The position numbers and the translations under genes were made by a program. This document shows positions 41,607-53,151 of a stretch of 64,000 nucleotides of DNA, one piece after another; the first letter of the stretch is position 1; the number at the start of each line of letters is the position of its first letter. Origin of the DNA: an uncultured Chloroflexia bacterium. Its GTDB lineage: Bacteria; Chloroflexota; Anaerolineae; Anaerolineales; Villigracilaceae. Below the pieces are notes generated by a model. The model saw nothing but the letters and a program-made list of their open reading frames with translations, had not been told where the DNA came from and did no database searches. The stretch is taken from positions 268,481 to 332,480 of the forward strand of contig CAVXCK010000007.1 of NCBI GenBank assembly GCA_963760315.1. Direction: 5' to 3'.

Positions 41607-41784
41607 ACTTGTTGAACAGAATCATATTGTCTGACGTATAATTTAGATATATGGTATGTGTATGGACGGCCCTATTTTGATATCGACTATCGCTCGCAAA
41701 GGAGGTGCTAACGGAGCTTGGTTTGCGGCCTTCTCTAGTCTCTTAGTTATATAACCAGTTCTAAAAGGAAGAAAGGAGAATAGA

Positions 41785-43461
41785 ATGCGTAATCAATTAA
41801 TAAGAATCTTCGTATTAATGGCTGTGCTTAGCCTTGTACTTTCAGCTTGTGGCCCAAAAGTAGTTCCTGCAACTGCAACTCCCGTACAAGCAATCGTCAC
41901 ACCCGTGCCGAGCACCCCGGTACCAGCTGTAGATAAGATCGTCACCATGGCTTGGACGCAGGAACCCAACTCGCTGAACCGTTCGTACTCGAGTATGTGG
42001 TACATGTCAACGCTCATCCAGATCTACAGCTGCTCACCCTGGCAGTATGACGAAAAAAATGAGCCATATGCCTTCATGCTCACAGAACTCCCAACTATTT
42101 CGGATGACGGCCTGATTGTCACCATGCACCTGCGGGATGACCTGAAATGGTCAGACGGGGAGCCGATCACGGCGGACGATTTCGTGTTCACCTATGACAT
42201 GATCACCAACTCGGCCAATTCGGTTGACTCGGTTTACCCGTACGACAAGTTCACTGTCTCGGCTCCGGACCCATTAACCGTGGTCATGACTTTCGCTGAA
42301 GTCTTTACTCCATGGATGTCTACCATCTGGCAGGGCACGATCATGCCCAAGCATGTGCTGCAGCCGGTTTTTGATGCCGCAGGCACGATTGACTCGGCAG
42401 ATTGGAATATGGCTCCAACTGTTGGTTGTGGGCCATTCACCTTCACTAAATGGGAGTCTGGCAGTTACCTCCGCTTTGACCGGAACGAAAATTACTGGGC
42501 GACGCCGGCCAAGCTGGACGCAGTCATTTTCCAGTTCGTCCCGGATGATGCTGCCCAGACAGCCGCCTGCCTGGCAGGCGACGCGGATTTGTGTTTCTGG
42601 CCGCCCTACGAGGACATCCCCGCCTTCCGCGCGGCTGGTCTGAGCGTGATGACCGAACCATCCGGATATAACGAAGGCTGGTTCTTCAATATGCGGAAAA
42701 TGGCATCGCCTTTCATCAAGGATCTCAACGTCCGCAAGGCGATTGCCATGGCACTCGATCGCGAGAAGAATACCGACTTGCGCCTGAATGTGGTCAAAGT
42801 GACCGAGACCTTCTGGGATGCGCTGCCAGCATATGTTGATCCAGGCATCACCCCTTGGAAATATGACCCGGAGGCTGCGAAGGCACTTCTGGAAGCAAGC
42901 GGTTATGTCGACAGGGATGGAGATGGGATTCGCGAAGATGCGAATGGTAACAAGCTGATCATCTCGGAATCCAATACCACCAAGACCGAGCGCCAGAGTT
43001 ACCAGGCCTTGGCCCAGCAGCAGTTGCTGGCGGTCGGCATTGACCTCAAGATCTACAGCTATGACAGCGACATCCTATTCGACAGCTTCTCGAATGGGGG
43101 CCCGGCTGCCACTGGTCTCCAGGATATCTACCAGTGGTCAGACGTGCCAGCCTTCCCTGACCCCGACTCGTCCTACTGGCTGTGTGACCAGGTGCCCTCG
43201 GCTGCAAATCCTTTTGGCTTCAATTACTTCATCTGTGACCCAACCCTGGATGCCATGTTCAAGCAGGAAGTTGTAACTGTGGACCCGGCAGCACGGATGG
43301 AGATCTTCCACCAGATCACCCGCTATATGCACGACAATGTCTACTACCTGGGAATCTGGGAGGACGGTGACGTCTGGATCGTGAATCCGCGCATCACAGG
43401 CGCAAAGTTCTCGGAAGTTACTCCATTCTTCAATATCACTGAATGGGATATCGCCCAATAA
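41785..43461 (+). CDS. ABC transporter substrate-binding lipoprotein, family 5 (Opp/Dpp/Nik type)
   Basis: Intact 558-aa ORF with signal and lipobox (VLSLVLSAC). Size and patterns are typical of cluster C family-5 SBPs. Confidence 0.8.
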   Translation: MRNQLIRIFVLMAVLSLVLSACGPKVVPATATPVQAIVTPVPSTPVPAVDKIVTMAWTQEPNSLNRSYSSMWYMSTLIQIYSCSPWQYDEKNEPYAFMLTELPTISDDGLIVTMHLRDDLKWSDGEPITADDFVFTYDMITNSANSVDSVYPYDKFTVSAPDPLTVVMTFAEVFTPWMSTIWQGTIMPKHVLQPVFDAAGTIDSADWNMAPTVGCGPFTFTKWESGSYLRFDRNENYWATPAKLDAVIFQFVPDDAAQTAACLAGDADLCFWPPYEDIPAFRAAGLSVMTEPSGYNEGWFFNMRKMASPFIKDLNVRKAIAMALDREKNTDLRLNVVKVTETFWDALPAYVDPGITPWKYDPEAAKALLEASGYVDRDGDGIREDANGNKLIISESNTTKTERQSYQALAQQQLLAVGIDLKIYSYDSDILFDSFSNGGPAATGLQDIYQWSDVPAFPDPDSSYWLCDQVPSAANPFGFNYFICDPTLDAMFKQEVVTVDPAARMEIFHQITRYMHDNVYYLGIWEDGDVWIVNPRITGAKFSEVTPFFNITEWDIAQ

Positions 43462-43484
43462 CCATAAGCCTTAACATGCATTCC

Positions 43485-43514
43485 TGGCTGGGTCGGTTCT
43501 AACCGACCCAGCCA
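43485..43514 (+). other. intercistronic stem-loop after the family-5 SBP gene
   Basis: TGGCTGGGTCGGTT / AACCGACCCAGCCA form 14-nt perfectly complementary arms. No T-tract follows. Confidence 0.6.
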
Positions 43515-43536
43515 ATTTCCAATTCTGGAGCAGCCT

Positions 43537-44570
43537 ATGGGTCGATACGTTATTCGCCGTCTTTTGCAGGCAATTCCCCTGCTGTTGATAATTAGCATTG
43601 TCATTTTCTTGCTTCTGCAAAGCAGCGGTGATCCCCTCGCGACCATGGGAGGCCGCCGTACCGTCCGCCCCGAAGACCGCGCACGTTTGGCCCGCCAGCT
43701 CGGGCTTGATAAACCGATCTACATCCAATATATCTATTGGTTGGTTGGTAATGACTGGGTGAAGATTGATGTAAATGGTGACGGCATCCCTGACACTGCC
43801 GGTACCCGAAAGGGAGTATTGCGCGGCGATTTTGGGACCTCGTTGGTCTCGCGGGAAGATCTGCCCTATCGCTGATCGCTGAACGCCTGCCGAATACTTT
43901 AATCCTGATGATCCCTGCTGAAATCATCGTATTAATCATCTCGTTTCTTGTCGGAATTTACTCGGCCCTGCGCCAGTATACCTGGGTGGACCAGTTGGTG
44001 ACCACCGGCTCCTTTATTGGCTATTCCATGCCCATCTTCTTCGTTGCCCTGGCCTCTATGTACCTGTTTGCGGTTGATTTCCGGAAGTGGGGGCTGCCTT
44101 ACCTGCCGACGGTCGGCATGTTTGATCCCAAAGTGGGGAAGACAGTTGGGCAGGTCATCCTGCACATGGTGCTGCCTATCTTCAGCATGTCTTTGGTCAG
44201 CGTCTCCGCTTACAGCCGGTATGTCCGCTCACAGATGCTGGAAGTTAATAACCAGGACTACATTCGTACCGCCCATGCCAAGGGTCTGACCGAACGGCAG
44301 GTGCTGGTCGGTCATGCCTTGAAGAATGCCGCCATCCCCATTGTCACCCTGGTGGGTATCGAAATCCCCTTCCTGCTCGGAGGTGCAGTGGTCACGGAGA
44401 CCATCTTCGGTTGGCCAGGGATGGGACGTCTTTTCATTGATCACCTCACCCGCTCCGACACTCCGGTGGTGATGGGCATCCTGATGCTAATCTCGGTGGC
44501 GGTGGTCGTATGCCAGTTGATTACGGATATCGTTTACGCCTGGCTTGACCCGCGCATCCGTTATAGTTAA
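43537..44570 (+). pseudogene. Opp/Dpp-type ABC permease (DppB-like), one frameshift near 43870
   Basis: N-terminus MGRYVIRRLLQAIPLLLIISIVIFLL. The C-terminal piece 43908..44570 has TAHAKGLTERQV and ends DPRIRYS. Confidence 0.8.
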
Positions 44571-44587
44571 GGAAGGATACTGAGATC

Positions 44588-45541
44588 ATGGTATCTCCAA
44601 CTTCTGATACTCCCCCAGCCGCAATCGCCAGGATCGAAAAGCCTCAGTTGACTTTCTTCCAACTTGTCTGGCTGCGTTTTAAACGTCATAAGATGGCCGT
44701 GGCTGGTATCATTTCCCTTTTCATCTTAATATTATATGCCATCGTGGGTACTGCCTTCACCTCCGAAGCCTACTCCAATGTCACGGATACCAGCATCCGT
44801 TTGATGCCTCCTTCCCACGAGCACCTTTTTGGTACCGATACGGTCGGACGGGATATCCTCAGCCGCACCATATACGGAGGGCAGATCTCTTTGATGATCG
44901 GACTGGTAGCCATGGCGGTGGAAGTCGTTGTGGGTGTGCTGATCGGTGCCATCGCCGGCTATTATGGGGGAATTGTTGATAGTCTGCTTATGCGCTTCAC
45001 CGAAGCTATGTTCAACATCCCGCAGATCCCCCTTTTACTGGTGCTGGGGAAGCTTCTGGCAGACAAAGTGCCACCGATGAACCTGTTCGGGCGCGAATTT
45101 AGCGGTAGCGTGATTGTCATCATTGCGGTCATCGGCCTGACCAGCTGGATGGGGCTCGCTCGCATCGTGCGTGCCAATTTCCTCTCTCTCAAAGAGCAGG
45201 AGTTCGTCACCGCGGCTCACTGCATCGGCACCCGCAACGGGCCGATCATCTTCGGACACATCCTGCCCAACACGATGGCACCCATCATTGTCAGCGGCAC
45301 TCTTGGAGTTGCAAACGCCATCATTAGTGAAGCGTACGTAAGTTTCCTGGGAGTGGGTGTGATGCCCCCAACCGCCACGTGGGGGAACATGCTCAATGGA
45401 GCTTACCAGTATATCGAGACCGCCCCCTGGTTGTGGATCTTTCCGGGCCTCCTGATAGTCCTGACCGTCCTTTCCATCAATTTCATTGGTGACGGCTTGA
45501 GGGATGCTCTTGATCCGCATTCGCTGGTTGGAACAGAATAG
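44588..45541 (+). CDS. Opp/Dpp-type ABC permease (DppC-like)
   Basis: Intact 317-aa ORF with HLFGTDTVGRDILSR and an EAA-like region. Confidence 0.85.
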   Translation: MVSPTSDTPPAAIARIEKPQLTFFQLVWLRFKRHKMAVAGIISLFILILYAIVGTAFTSEAYSNVTDTSIRLMPPSHEHLFGTDTVGRDILSRTIYGGQISLMIGLVAMAVEVVVGVLIGAIAGYYGGIVDSLLMRFTEAMFNIPQIPLLLVLGKLLADKVPPMNLFGREFSGSVIVIIAVIGLTSWMGLARIVRANFLSLKEQEFVTAAHCIGTRNGPIIFGHILPNTMAPIIVSGTLGVANAIISEAYVSFLGVGVMPPTATWGNMLNGAYQYIETAPWLWIFPGLLIVLTVLSINFIGDGLRDALDPHSLVGTE

Positions 45542-45550
45542 GAGTTCAAC

Positions 45551-46537
45551 GTGGATCCATTGCTTGAGGTCAGAAATTTAAAGGTTCAATTCACCACCAT
45601 GGAAGGGGTGGTCCACGCAGTGAATGGGGTCTCTTTTCAACTCGAAAAAGGGAAGACAATAGGTATAGTCGGAGAGAGCGGGTGTGGGAAAAGCGTGACG
45701 ATGTTATCGGTCATTCGGTTGATCCAGGAACCTCCCGGCCACATCACCGAGGGGGAGGTGTTCTTCCAGGGGCATGACCTGTTGAAACTCCCTAAATCAT
45801 CCATGCACGAAATTCGGGGAGCTAAAATTGCCATGGTTTTCCAGGACCCGATGACTTCGCTGAACCCGGTCCTGACCATCGGACATCAGATCAGTGAAGC
45901 CTTGGTTGTGCACACCGGGATCGGGAAAGAAGAAGCGTATAAGAAAACCATAGAATTGCTGGAGATGGTCGGCATCCCGCTAGCACACGAGCGCTATAAG
46001 GATTATCCACACCAGTTCTCCGGGGGTATGCGCCAGCGGGTGATGATTGCGATGAGTCTGTCCTGCAAACCGGATATCCTGATAGCCGATGAGCCCACCA
46101 CCGCCTTGGATGTCACCATTCAAGCTCAGATCGTTGAACTGACGAAAAAGCTCCAGACCCAGTTTGGCATGGCGGTCATCTGGATCACGCATGACCTGGG
46201 GGTGGTCGCGGAGATTGCTGACAAGATGAACGTCATGTATGCCGGTTACATTGTAGAAGAGGCGGATGTCTACGAGATCTATGAAAATCCCCGCCATCCG
46301 TATACCCTTTCCCTGCTGAAATCCTTGCCACGAGTGGATCGGAAAAAGCATGACCGCTTAGCGAACATCCAGGGTTCCCCGCCCGATTGCATCCAAATGC
46401 CCCCCGGCTGCCCTTTCAAACCGCGCTGTGGGTTTGGCGTTGAACGCTGTGCAGAAGAAAATCCAGTTCTGACGACAGTGGCAGAGAGCCATAGGATAGC
46501 CTGTTGGGTGGATGTGACCACCGGGAGGGCTCGTTGA
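45551..46537 (+). CDS. Opp/Dpp-type ABC ATP-binding protein (DppD/OppD-like)
   Basis: Intact 328-aa ORF with Walker A GESGCGKS, signature FSGGMRQR, Walker [13 protein letters not shown] and a C-terminal oligopeptide-ABC extension. Confidence 0.9.
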   Translation: MDPLLEVRNLKVQFTTMEGVVHAVNGVSFQLEKGKTIGIVGESGCGKSVTMLSVIRLIQEPPGHITEGEVFFQGHDLLKLPKSSMHEIRGAKIAMVFQDPMTSLNPVLTIGHQISEALVVHTGIGKEEAYKKTIELLEMVGIPLAHERYKDYPHQFSGGMRQRVMIAMSLSCKPDILIADEPTTALDVTIQAQIVELTKKLQTQFGMAVIWITHDLGVVAEIADKMNVMYAGYIVEEADVYEIYENPRHPYTLSLLKSLPRVDRKKHDRLANIQGSPPDCIQMPPGCPFKPRCGFGVERCAEENPVLTTVAESHRIACWVDVTTGRAR

Positions 46538-47518
46538 ACACATCGCAGATACTGGTTCAGGTTCGGGGATTAAACGATATTTCCCCATCACCCGGGGGAT
46601 CCTCATTCAAAGGCAGGTGGGAGCGGTTAGGGCGGTAGATGATGTCAGCTTTGATATTTACCGCGGAGAGACACTGGGTTTGGTTGGGGAAAGCGGGTGT
46701 GGGAAGACGACCACGGGGCGGACGATGATTCAGTTGTACCGTCCGACCGCTGGGCAGGTGCTGTATGAAGGCGCAGATCTGACCCGGGAGAAAGGTCAAA
46801 CCCTGCGCAATCGGCGGCGGAAAATCCAGATGATCTTCCAGGACCCCTACGCCTCCCTTAATCCACGCTGGACGGTCTCCCGCATCATTGGAGAGCCGTT
46901 GAAGGTGCATATGATTATCACGGGGAGGAAAGCGCAGGAAGAGCGGGTTCGGCAACTGTTAGAACTGGTGGGGCTTGACCCTTGCCATACAAATCGCTAT
47001 CCCCACGAATTCTCCGGTGGCCAGCGGCAGCGGATCGGCGTGGCGCGCGCCTTGGCCTCCGACCCCGAATTCATCGTGTGCGATGAACCCATTTCCGCCT
47101 TGGACGTGTCCATCCAGGCCCAGGTGGTCAACTTGCTCGAGGATCTTCAGGACCGGTTCGGGCTGACCTACCTCTTCATCGCTCACGATCTCACCATGGT
47201 CCGCCATATCTGTGACCGCGTGGCGGTCATGTACCTGGGAGTGATGGTTGAAATGGTCGGACCGGAATGAAGTTTATGACCATCCACTCCACCCGTATAC
47301 AAAAGCGCTGCTTTCTGCCGTTCCGATACCGGATCCCAGGAAGACCGGGCGCGGCAGCGGATAATTTCTAGACGGGGGATGTGCCCAGTCCGATCAACCC
47401 ACCAGCCGGCTGCCGTTTCCACCCGCGCTGCCCGCTTGCAGGCGAGCAATGCCGGCGTGACATCCCCGAATGGCGCCTTGTCGCCCCCGGCCATTGGGTT
47501 GCCTGCCATAAAGTTTGA
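46534..47518 (+). pseudogene. Opp/Dpp-type ABC ATP-binding protein (DppF/OppF-like), at least 4 frame changes
   Basis: [17 protein letters not shown] and [12 protein letters not shown]. The reconstructed tail is [18 protein letters not shown]...ACHKV, with stop at 47516..47518. Confidence 0.8.
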
Positions 47519-47532
47519 AAGAAAGAAGGGCC

Positions 47533-49361
47533 ATGATTGACCTAGGGGTTTTGTTGCGCGTTCCTTGTGTGGAAGTGGAGATGGGCTTCGATGTCTCGCC
47601 CGACGGCGAACGGGCTGCCTTTTCCTGGAATCCGGGTGGACGTTGGGAGATCTACGAAATCACCTTGCCCCATGCTGGAACCGGGACAACCACATGCGGC
47701 AATTCCGATCCTCACCTTATTTCACATTGGACCAGGCGGTAAATTCCACCCGCGCTATTCTCCCGATGGCCGCCACCTGGCCTTCACTGTGGATTTCGAT
47801 GGCAGCGAAGCCTTTCACCTCTTTGTCCATGATTTTGCCACTGGCGAACAGCGCGACCTGACCCCGGATATCGAAATGTTCCCTGCAGGCTAATATTCTC
47901 TTGGTCGCCGGATGGAAAATCAGATCGCCTTTATTTCTGATCAATCCGGGCAATTCGATGTATACGTGATCCCTGCCGAAGGCGGCGAAGCCCGGCTTGT
48001 GCTGGACGCCGGATACCCGGCCTGGAAGGTGCGCTGGTCTCCGGATGGATTTTGGCTGGCAGTAACGGTCGAGGCGGGAGGGATAGATTTCGGCACCTAT
48101 ATTGTCACCGCTCGAGGAGGATGGGGCAGTGCATCAGGATTGCCGATGAAAGCGGGCCGATCGATGCCGGGCAGGCCTGCTGGTCGCCGGATGGCACGCG
48201 GCTGGCTTTTACCTCGGACGTGCACGGCTACAACAATATCGGCATCTTTGAGCTGGCACACGCATCACATCCATTGGTTGACGGATGGGGAAGGGGAGAA
48301 GCAGTTTCCAGCCTGGTCGCCAGACGGAAGACGGCTGGCTTACGTTTTCAACCGTAGCACGATATCCTGGTTGGTAGATGCAAGAAGCCAGGCGAGTCTC
48401 CGCGGATGTACCAGGTTGAGCCGGGTGTTCATTACCTGCCCCACTTCACACCGGATGGCAACCATATCATCTTCGCTTTCGATAATCCGCGCCATCCGGC
48501 GGACCTATGGTCGCTTTCGCTGGAGGATGGGAACTTCACGCAGTTAACTCATTCCCTGCCGACATGAATTGCAGAATGTCCCATTCGCCATGCCGGAAGA
48601 GATCACCTATCCCGGGTTGGATGGGACGCCCGTTCCGGCTTTGCTGTTCAAACCGCAGGGTCAAAAAACCCGGCCCGGCAGCGATTCTGATCCATGGCGG
48701 ACCGGACTGGTTTTTTGAGATGACCTGGTACCCATTAATGGCTCACATGGCTTCGCGGGGTTGGGTGGTGCTGGTGCCCAACTACCGCGGCTCCACCGGC
48801 TACGGGCGTGCCTGGCAGGAAGCCAGCCGTTTCGACTTCGGCGGGGTGGATAATGATGACGTTGCCGCCGGCGCGCAATTTCTCCTCCGGAATGGCCTGG
48901 CCGATCCGGAACGGATCGGCATCACCGGCCGCAGTCATGGCGGGTATCTGACCATGACTTGCTTGACGAAATATCCCGACCTCTGGGCAGCTGGATCGGC
49001 GGTTGTGCCGTTTCATCAATTGGTTCACCAATCATAAATAAATCCGCCCCGACCTCCAGCATTGGGATTACGAAAATTTTGGAAATCCGGATGAAGATCA
49101 TGATCTATGGGTCGAACGGTCGCCATATTTCTTTCTTCGACCGGGTTACTGCCCCGGTGCAATTGATTGCTGGCAGGCTGGACCAGCGCTGCCCGGTCAG
49201 CGATTCTATCGAAGCGCATGAAGTCTTGCAAAGCATGGGCAAGGAAGCTGGAATTGGTGGTTTACGAAGATGAGGGCCATGCTTTTCTAAAAATGGAAAA
49301 TGTGCTGGATTCCGAACAGCGCCGCGTGGCATTTCTTGCGAAATATATTGAGAAGGAGTAA
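47533..49361 (+). pseudogene. S9-family serine peptidase (TolB-like beta-propeller + prolyl-oligopeptidase/dipeptidyl-peptidase catalytic domain), at least 8 frame changes
   Basis: Repeated SPDG propeller motifs (YSPDGRHLAF, WSPDGKxIAF, WSPDGTRLAF, WSPDGRRLAY, FTPDGNHIIF). The catalytic domain has NYRGSTGYG, GITGRSHGGY (GxSxGG) and a C-terminal YEDEGHAF. Confidence 0.75.
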
Positions 49362-49392
49362 CGACTTTAGTATTATACGCAGGAGAAGTGCG

Positions 49393-50810
49393 ATGATCCG
49401 TCTTTCTGTTCTGGACGAAAACGAGATCGAAGCCATCCATCAGTGCCAGCCTGCGCATCCTGGGCGAAACCGGTGTGGTGCTGACCGAGCCAAAAAGCCG
49501 CGCACTCCTGACCGCTGCGGGCGCCAGAGTTCAGGAGAGGCGTGTCCTGCTTCCCGCCCGAATTGGTGGAGAAGTGCATTGCCCTGGCCGGGAAGAGGAC
49601 AACCATCCGGGGACGGGGCGGGGCGGTCAAGACACTTGGTGACGGGTAACTGTATTTCCACAACCTGGGCGGTGCACCACAGGTTTACGATGCTGCTTCC
49701 GGGACACGCCGCCTGGCTACCGTCCAGGATGTCCGGGATGCCACCCGTTTGCTGGATGCGCTTGGAGAATTGCCACACCATCACTCCTTTCTTTACGCCG
49801 ACCGAAGTGCCGGGCGGGGTGATGTCGCTGGCGATGTATCGACATGCATTACCGTATACCGTAAAACCTCTTGCAAGGACCGGGCGTCCAGTACGCTGCT
49901 GAAGTCCGTTACGCGGTCAAGATGGCGGAGTGATCGGACCACCCGCGGAAGTATTGACCTTATCACTTTCTCCGGTCAGCCCGCTTGACCATCCCCGACC
50001 ACGAGGCCGAGGCAATCATGGAGATCGCCCGGCTGGGGATCGCTTTTGCGCCCCTGCCTTGTCCCACCGCCGGGACGACCGCACCATTCTCCATTGCCGG
50101 GGCCATTACCCAGCAGAATGCCGAGGTCTTGGCGGCGCTGGTGCTGGCGGAACTTGTCCAGCCGGGTCTGCCGATTATTTACTGTGGGCGGTTGGCGATG
50201 ATGGAACCCCGCACCGGGCTTTCCGTTTGGGGCGGGGTCGAGATGGGGATGGCTTCCGCAGGGACGGTGCAAATCGGGCATCGCTATGGGCTGCCGGTCA
50301 ACGTTTATGGTTTTTCCACCAATGCGCATAGCCTCGATGTCCAGGACGGGTTCGAGCGTGCCCTGAACGCTGCCATTCCTGCCCTGGCAGGCGCGGACGA
50401 ACTCTCCGGGATCGGTGAAATGGAAGCCGGGGTGATGGGATCCTATGCCCAGATGGTGGCTGATAACGAATTTGCCGGGAGCATTATCAGGATCCGAAAA
50501 GGCATTCGCTGCGGACTCAGATGCGCTGGCGGTGGATGTGATCGCGGCGGCGATGTCGTCCACGCGCAATTTCCTCGGTCAAAAACATACCATGAAATAT
50601 CTCAAGTCCGGCGAAGTATTTATGACAAAACTGGCCGAGCGCGGCTCCTGGGAAGCGTGGGAGAATTCCGGTCGGGTTGGCTTGGTCGAACGGGCGCAGG
50701 CCGAGGCTGAACGGATTTTGCGCGAGCACCAGGTCCCGCCACTGGAGGCAGCCCAGGAGCGGGAACTGGATGCCTTGATGATGTCTGCTGAAAAAGAATT
50801 GGTAAAATAA
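49393..50810 (+). pseudogene. MttB-superfamily methyltransferase, paralogue 3, at least 6 frame changes plus an in-frame TAA at 49647
   Basis: RBS AGGAGA upstream of the ATG at 49393. Pieces include 49985..50710 (LPCPTAGTTAPFSIAGAITQQNAEVLAALVLAELVQPGLPIIY) and 50445..50810. Confidence 0.7.
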
Positions 50811-50873
50811 TGATTCACGCATCCAAATTCACGTGTCTTAGGACAATTCGGAGAAACGATCAGGTGAATATGC

Positions 50874-52140
50874 TTGAAAAAGCGCAGTGCAATTCAAAAA
50901 CAACTGAGCGACTGGCGGCGGGATTTCCATATGCACCCGGAACTCGGCTTCCAGGAAACACGTACGGCTGCAAGAGTGGCCGAAACCCTGGAGAAATTCG
51001 GGTACCAAGTGCGGCGCGGCGTCGGGCGGACTGGTGTGGTCGCGGACCTTGGGAGCGGGAAACCACGTTGTCGCCATCCGCGCCGACATGGATGCATTGC
51101 CGCTCCAGGAGACCAACCAGGTTCCGTATGCTTCGCAGAATCCCGGGGTGATGCACGCCTGTGGGCACGACAGCCATACCGCCATGGTGCTGGGCGCGGC
51201 GGCTTTGCTCTCCCGTGAAAAATTTCCCGGGACGGTGCGGTTCCTGTTCCAGCCTTCTGAAGAAGTGGCCGATGAAGAAGGCTTGAGCGGCGCGCCGCGT
51301 ATGATCCAGGATGGAGCGATGGAAGGTGTGGATATGGTCATCGCGCGCATGTTGACCCGCGCAACCCGCTATCGGAGCCATCTGCATCAAGTCCGGGCCT
51401 GCCTCCGGCGGAGTGGATTCCTGGTTTGGGGAGATCATCGGCAAAGGGGGCCACGGCGCTCACCCGCACCAGTCCATTGACCCGTTTTACATCGCTGCCC
51501 ATGTTATCCTGGCTTTGAATGGGATTGTCTCGCGCCGCCTCGATCCGTTTGACCCGGCGGTGGTCAGCATCGGTTCTCTCAATGGCGGATTTACCGAAAA
51601 TGTAATCCCGGAGCAGGTTAAAATTGACCGGAACGTTGCGGTATACCCAGAAACGTGTTCAGGAACAGATCCATGCTGAGATCCGGCGCGCCTTTGAAAT
51701 TGCCCGTACTCTGGGCGGGAATTACGAACTCAAGCTCGAGATCGGTACGCCGCCGATGATCAACTCACCCGTGGCTTCGGATCTGATCGAGGCCGTTGCT
51801 ATTGATCTGCTTGGCAAGCAAAACCTCCTTCCACCGAAAGATGAATTGGGTGCTGAGGATTTCGGTTGTTTCATGGAACTTGCTCCTGGGAGCAATGTTT
51901 TCCCTGGGAACGGGCAGTGAAAGCTTTTCGTGTCTCATCCACACCCCTGATTTTGACCTTGATGAACGCAGTCTCCCGGTCGGCGCGGCAGTACTGGCGG
52001 AGACGGCGTTACGGTTTTTGAAGAAAAGGTCATTATCGTTGCGGGAAGAGTTAATTAAGCTGATTGCTATCTGCTTATACTTGCATGCTTGTGCTGGTTG
52101 CGAAACCCTTCCCACCGCGGCACAAAATGGATTGGTTTGA
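50874..52140 (+). pseudogene. M20D-family amidohydrolase (N-acyl-amino-acid/hippurate-hydrolase-like), at least 5 frame changes; 3' end uncertain
   Basis: [37 protein letters not shown] and [15 protein letters not shown], spread over pieces 50874.., 51034.., 51413.., 51624.. and 51796... Confidence 0.75.
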
Positions 52141-52194
52141 TTTTCTCGAAAGAGCGAATGATATGGAATTATGTTTAATCCAAAAGGAGTTCAC

Positions 52195-53070
52195 ATGCAC
52201 ACGATTTTGAAATCTACAACCAGGGAAGTCATCATCGGCATTGACCGCCCCTTCGTGATGATCGGCGAGAAGATCAACCCGACCGGCCGCAAGAAATTGG
52301 CTGCCGCTCTATCCGAAGGCAACCTGGACTACGCCCGCCAACTGGCCGAAAGCCAGGTGGCCTGGGGTGCGGATGTGCTGGATATCAACGTAGGCGTACC
52401 CGGGGCTTGACGAGGTGGCCGTAGTCAAAAAACTGGTGGAATTGCTCGTCTCGGTCGTGGACGTGCCGCTCTGCCTTGATTCCGCCAACCCGGCGGTTCT
52501 GGCTGCCGGTCTGGCTGCCGCACCGGGCAAGCCGCTGGTCAACTCTGTCAGCGGCGAGGAGAAACAAGCTGGCGACAGTCTTGCCGCTGGTCAAGGAGCG
52601 CGGCGCGGCTGTCATCGGTCTGACCATGGACGATAACGGCATTCCCAAGACCCCCGAGGAACGCCTTGCCGTAGCCGAGAAGATCATCGAACGCGCCGCC
52701 AGGATGGGCATCCCGGTCGAAGACATCATTATTGATCCGCTTGTGCTTGACCGTCGGCTCGGACAGTAAAGCCGCGCTCATCACGCTCCAGACCGTGGAA
52801 TTACTGCGCAAGGAATTCGGCGTCAACATCAACCTGGGTGCCAGTAACGTCTCATTCGGTCTGCCCGACCGCCCCACCGTCAACCAGGCGTTCCTGACCC
52901 TTGCCATCCAGATGGGCGCCACCTGCTCGATCACCGACCCATCGAAACTCGGGATCACTGTCAAGGCCGCCGATATGCTCCTGGGCCGCGATGACAACTC
53001 CATGCGCTACCTGAAGTATTTCCGCCTCGCTGAGAAGCTGAGAGCCGCGGAAGCAGAGAAAGCAGTGTAG
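52195..53070 (+). pseudogene. pterin-binding methyltransferase (MtrH/MtgA/AcsE-like methylcorrinoid:tetrahydrofolate methyltransferase), at least 3 frame changes
   Basis: RBS AAGGAG 5 nt upstream of the ATG at 52195. Motifs GEKINPTGRKKL, DVLDINVG, LVNSVSGEE and NLGASNVSFGLPDR. Pieces are 52171.., 52415.., 52476.. and 52732..53070. Confidence 0.7.
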
Positions 53071-53097
53071 AATTAGCGGTTCTCAGGTATAAGAAAA

Positions 53098-53127
53098 GCT
53101 CCCTTTCCAATATGGCAGAAAGGGAGC
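53098..53127. terminator. terminator hairpin between convergent genes (better U-tract for the minus-strand LysE gene)
   Basis: GCTCCCTTTC (53098..53107) pairs with GAAAGGGAGC (53118..53127). On the minus strand it is followed by TTTTCTT. Confidence 0.6.
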
Positions 53128-53151
53128 CTTGGTTATAGGGTGGTCATACTT

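Noticed and set aside
38689-50810. Pyrrolysine (in-frame TAG) in any of the three MttB genes.
   Set aside because: None of the reconstructed frames has a TAG. The only in-frame stop is the TAA at 49647, far from the Pyl position. No pyl genes are in the window.
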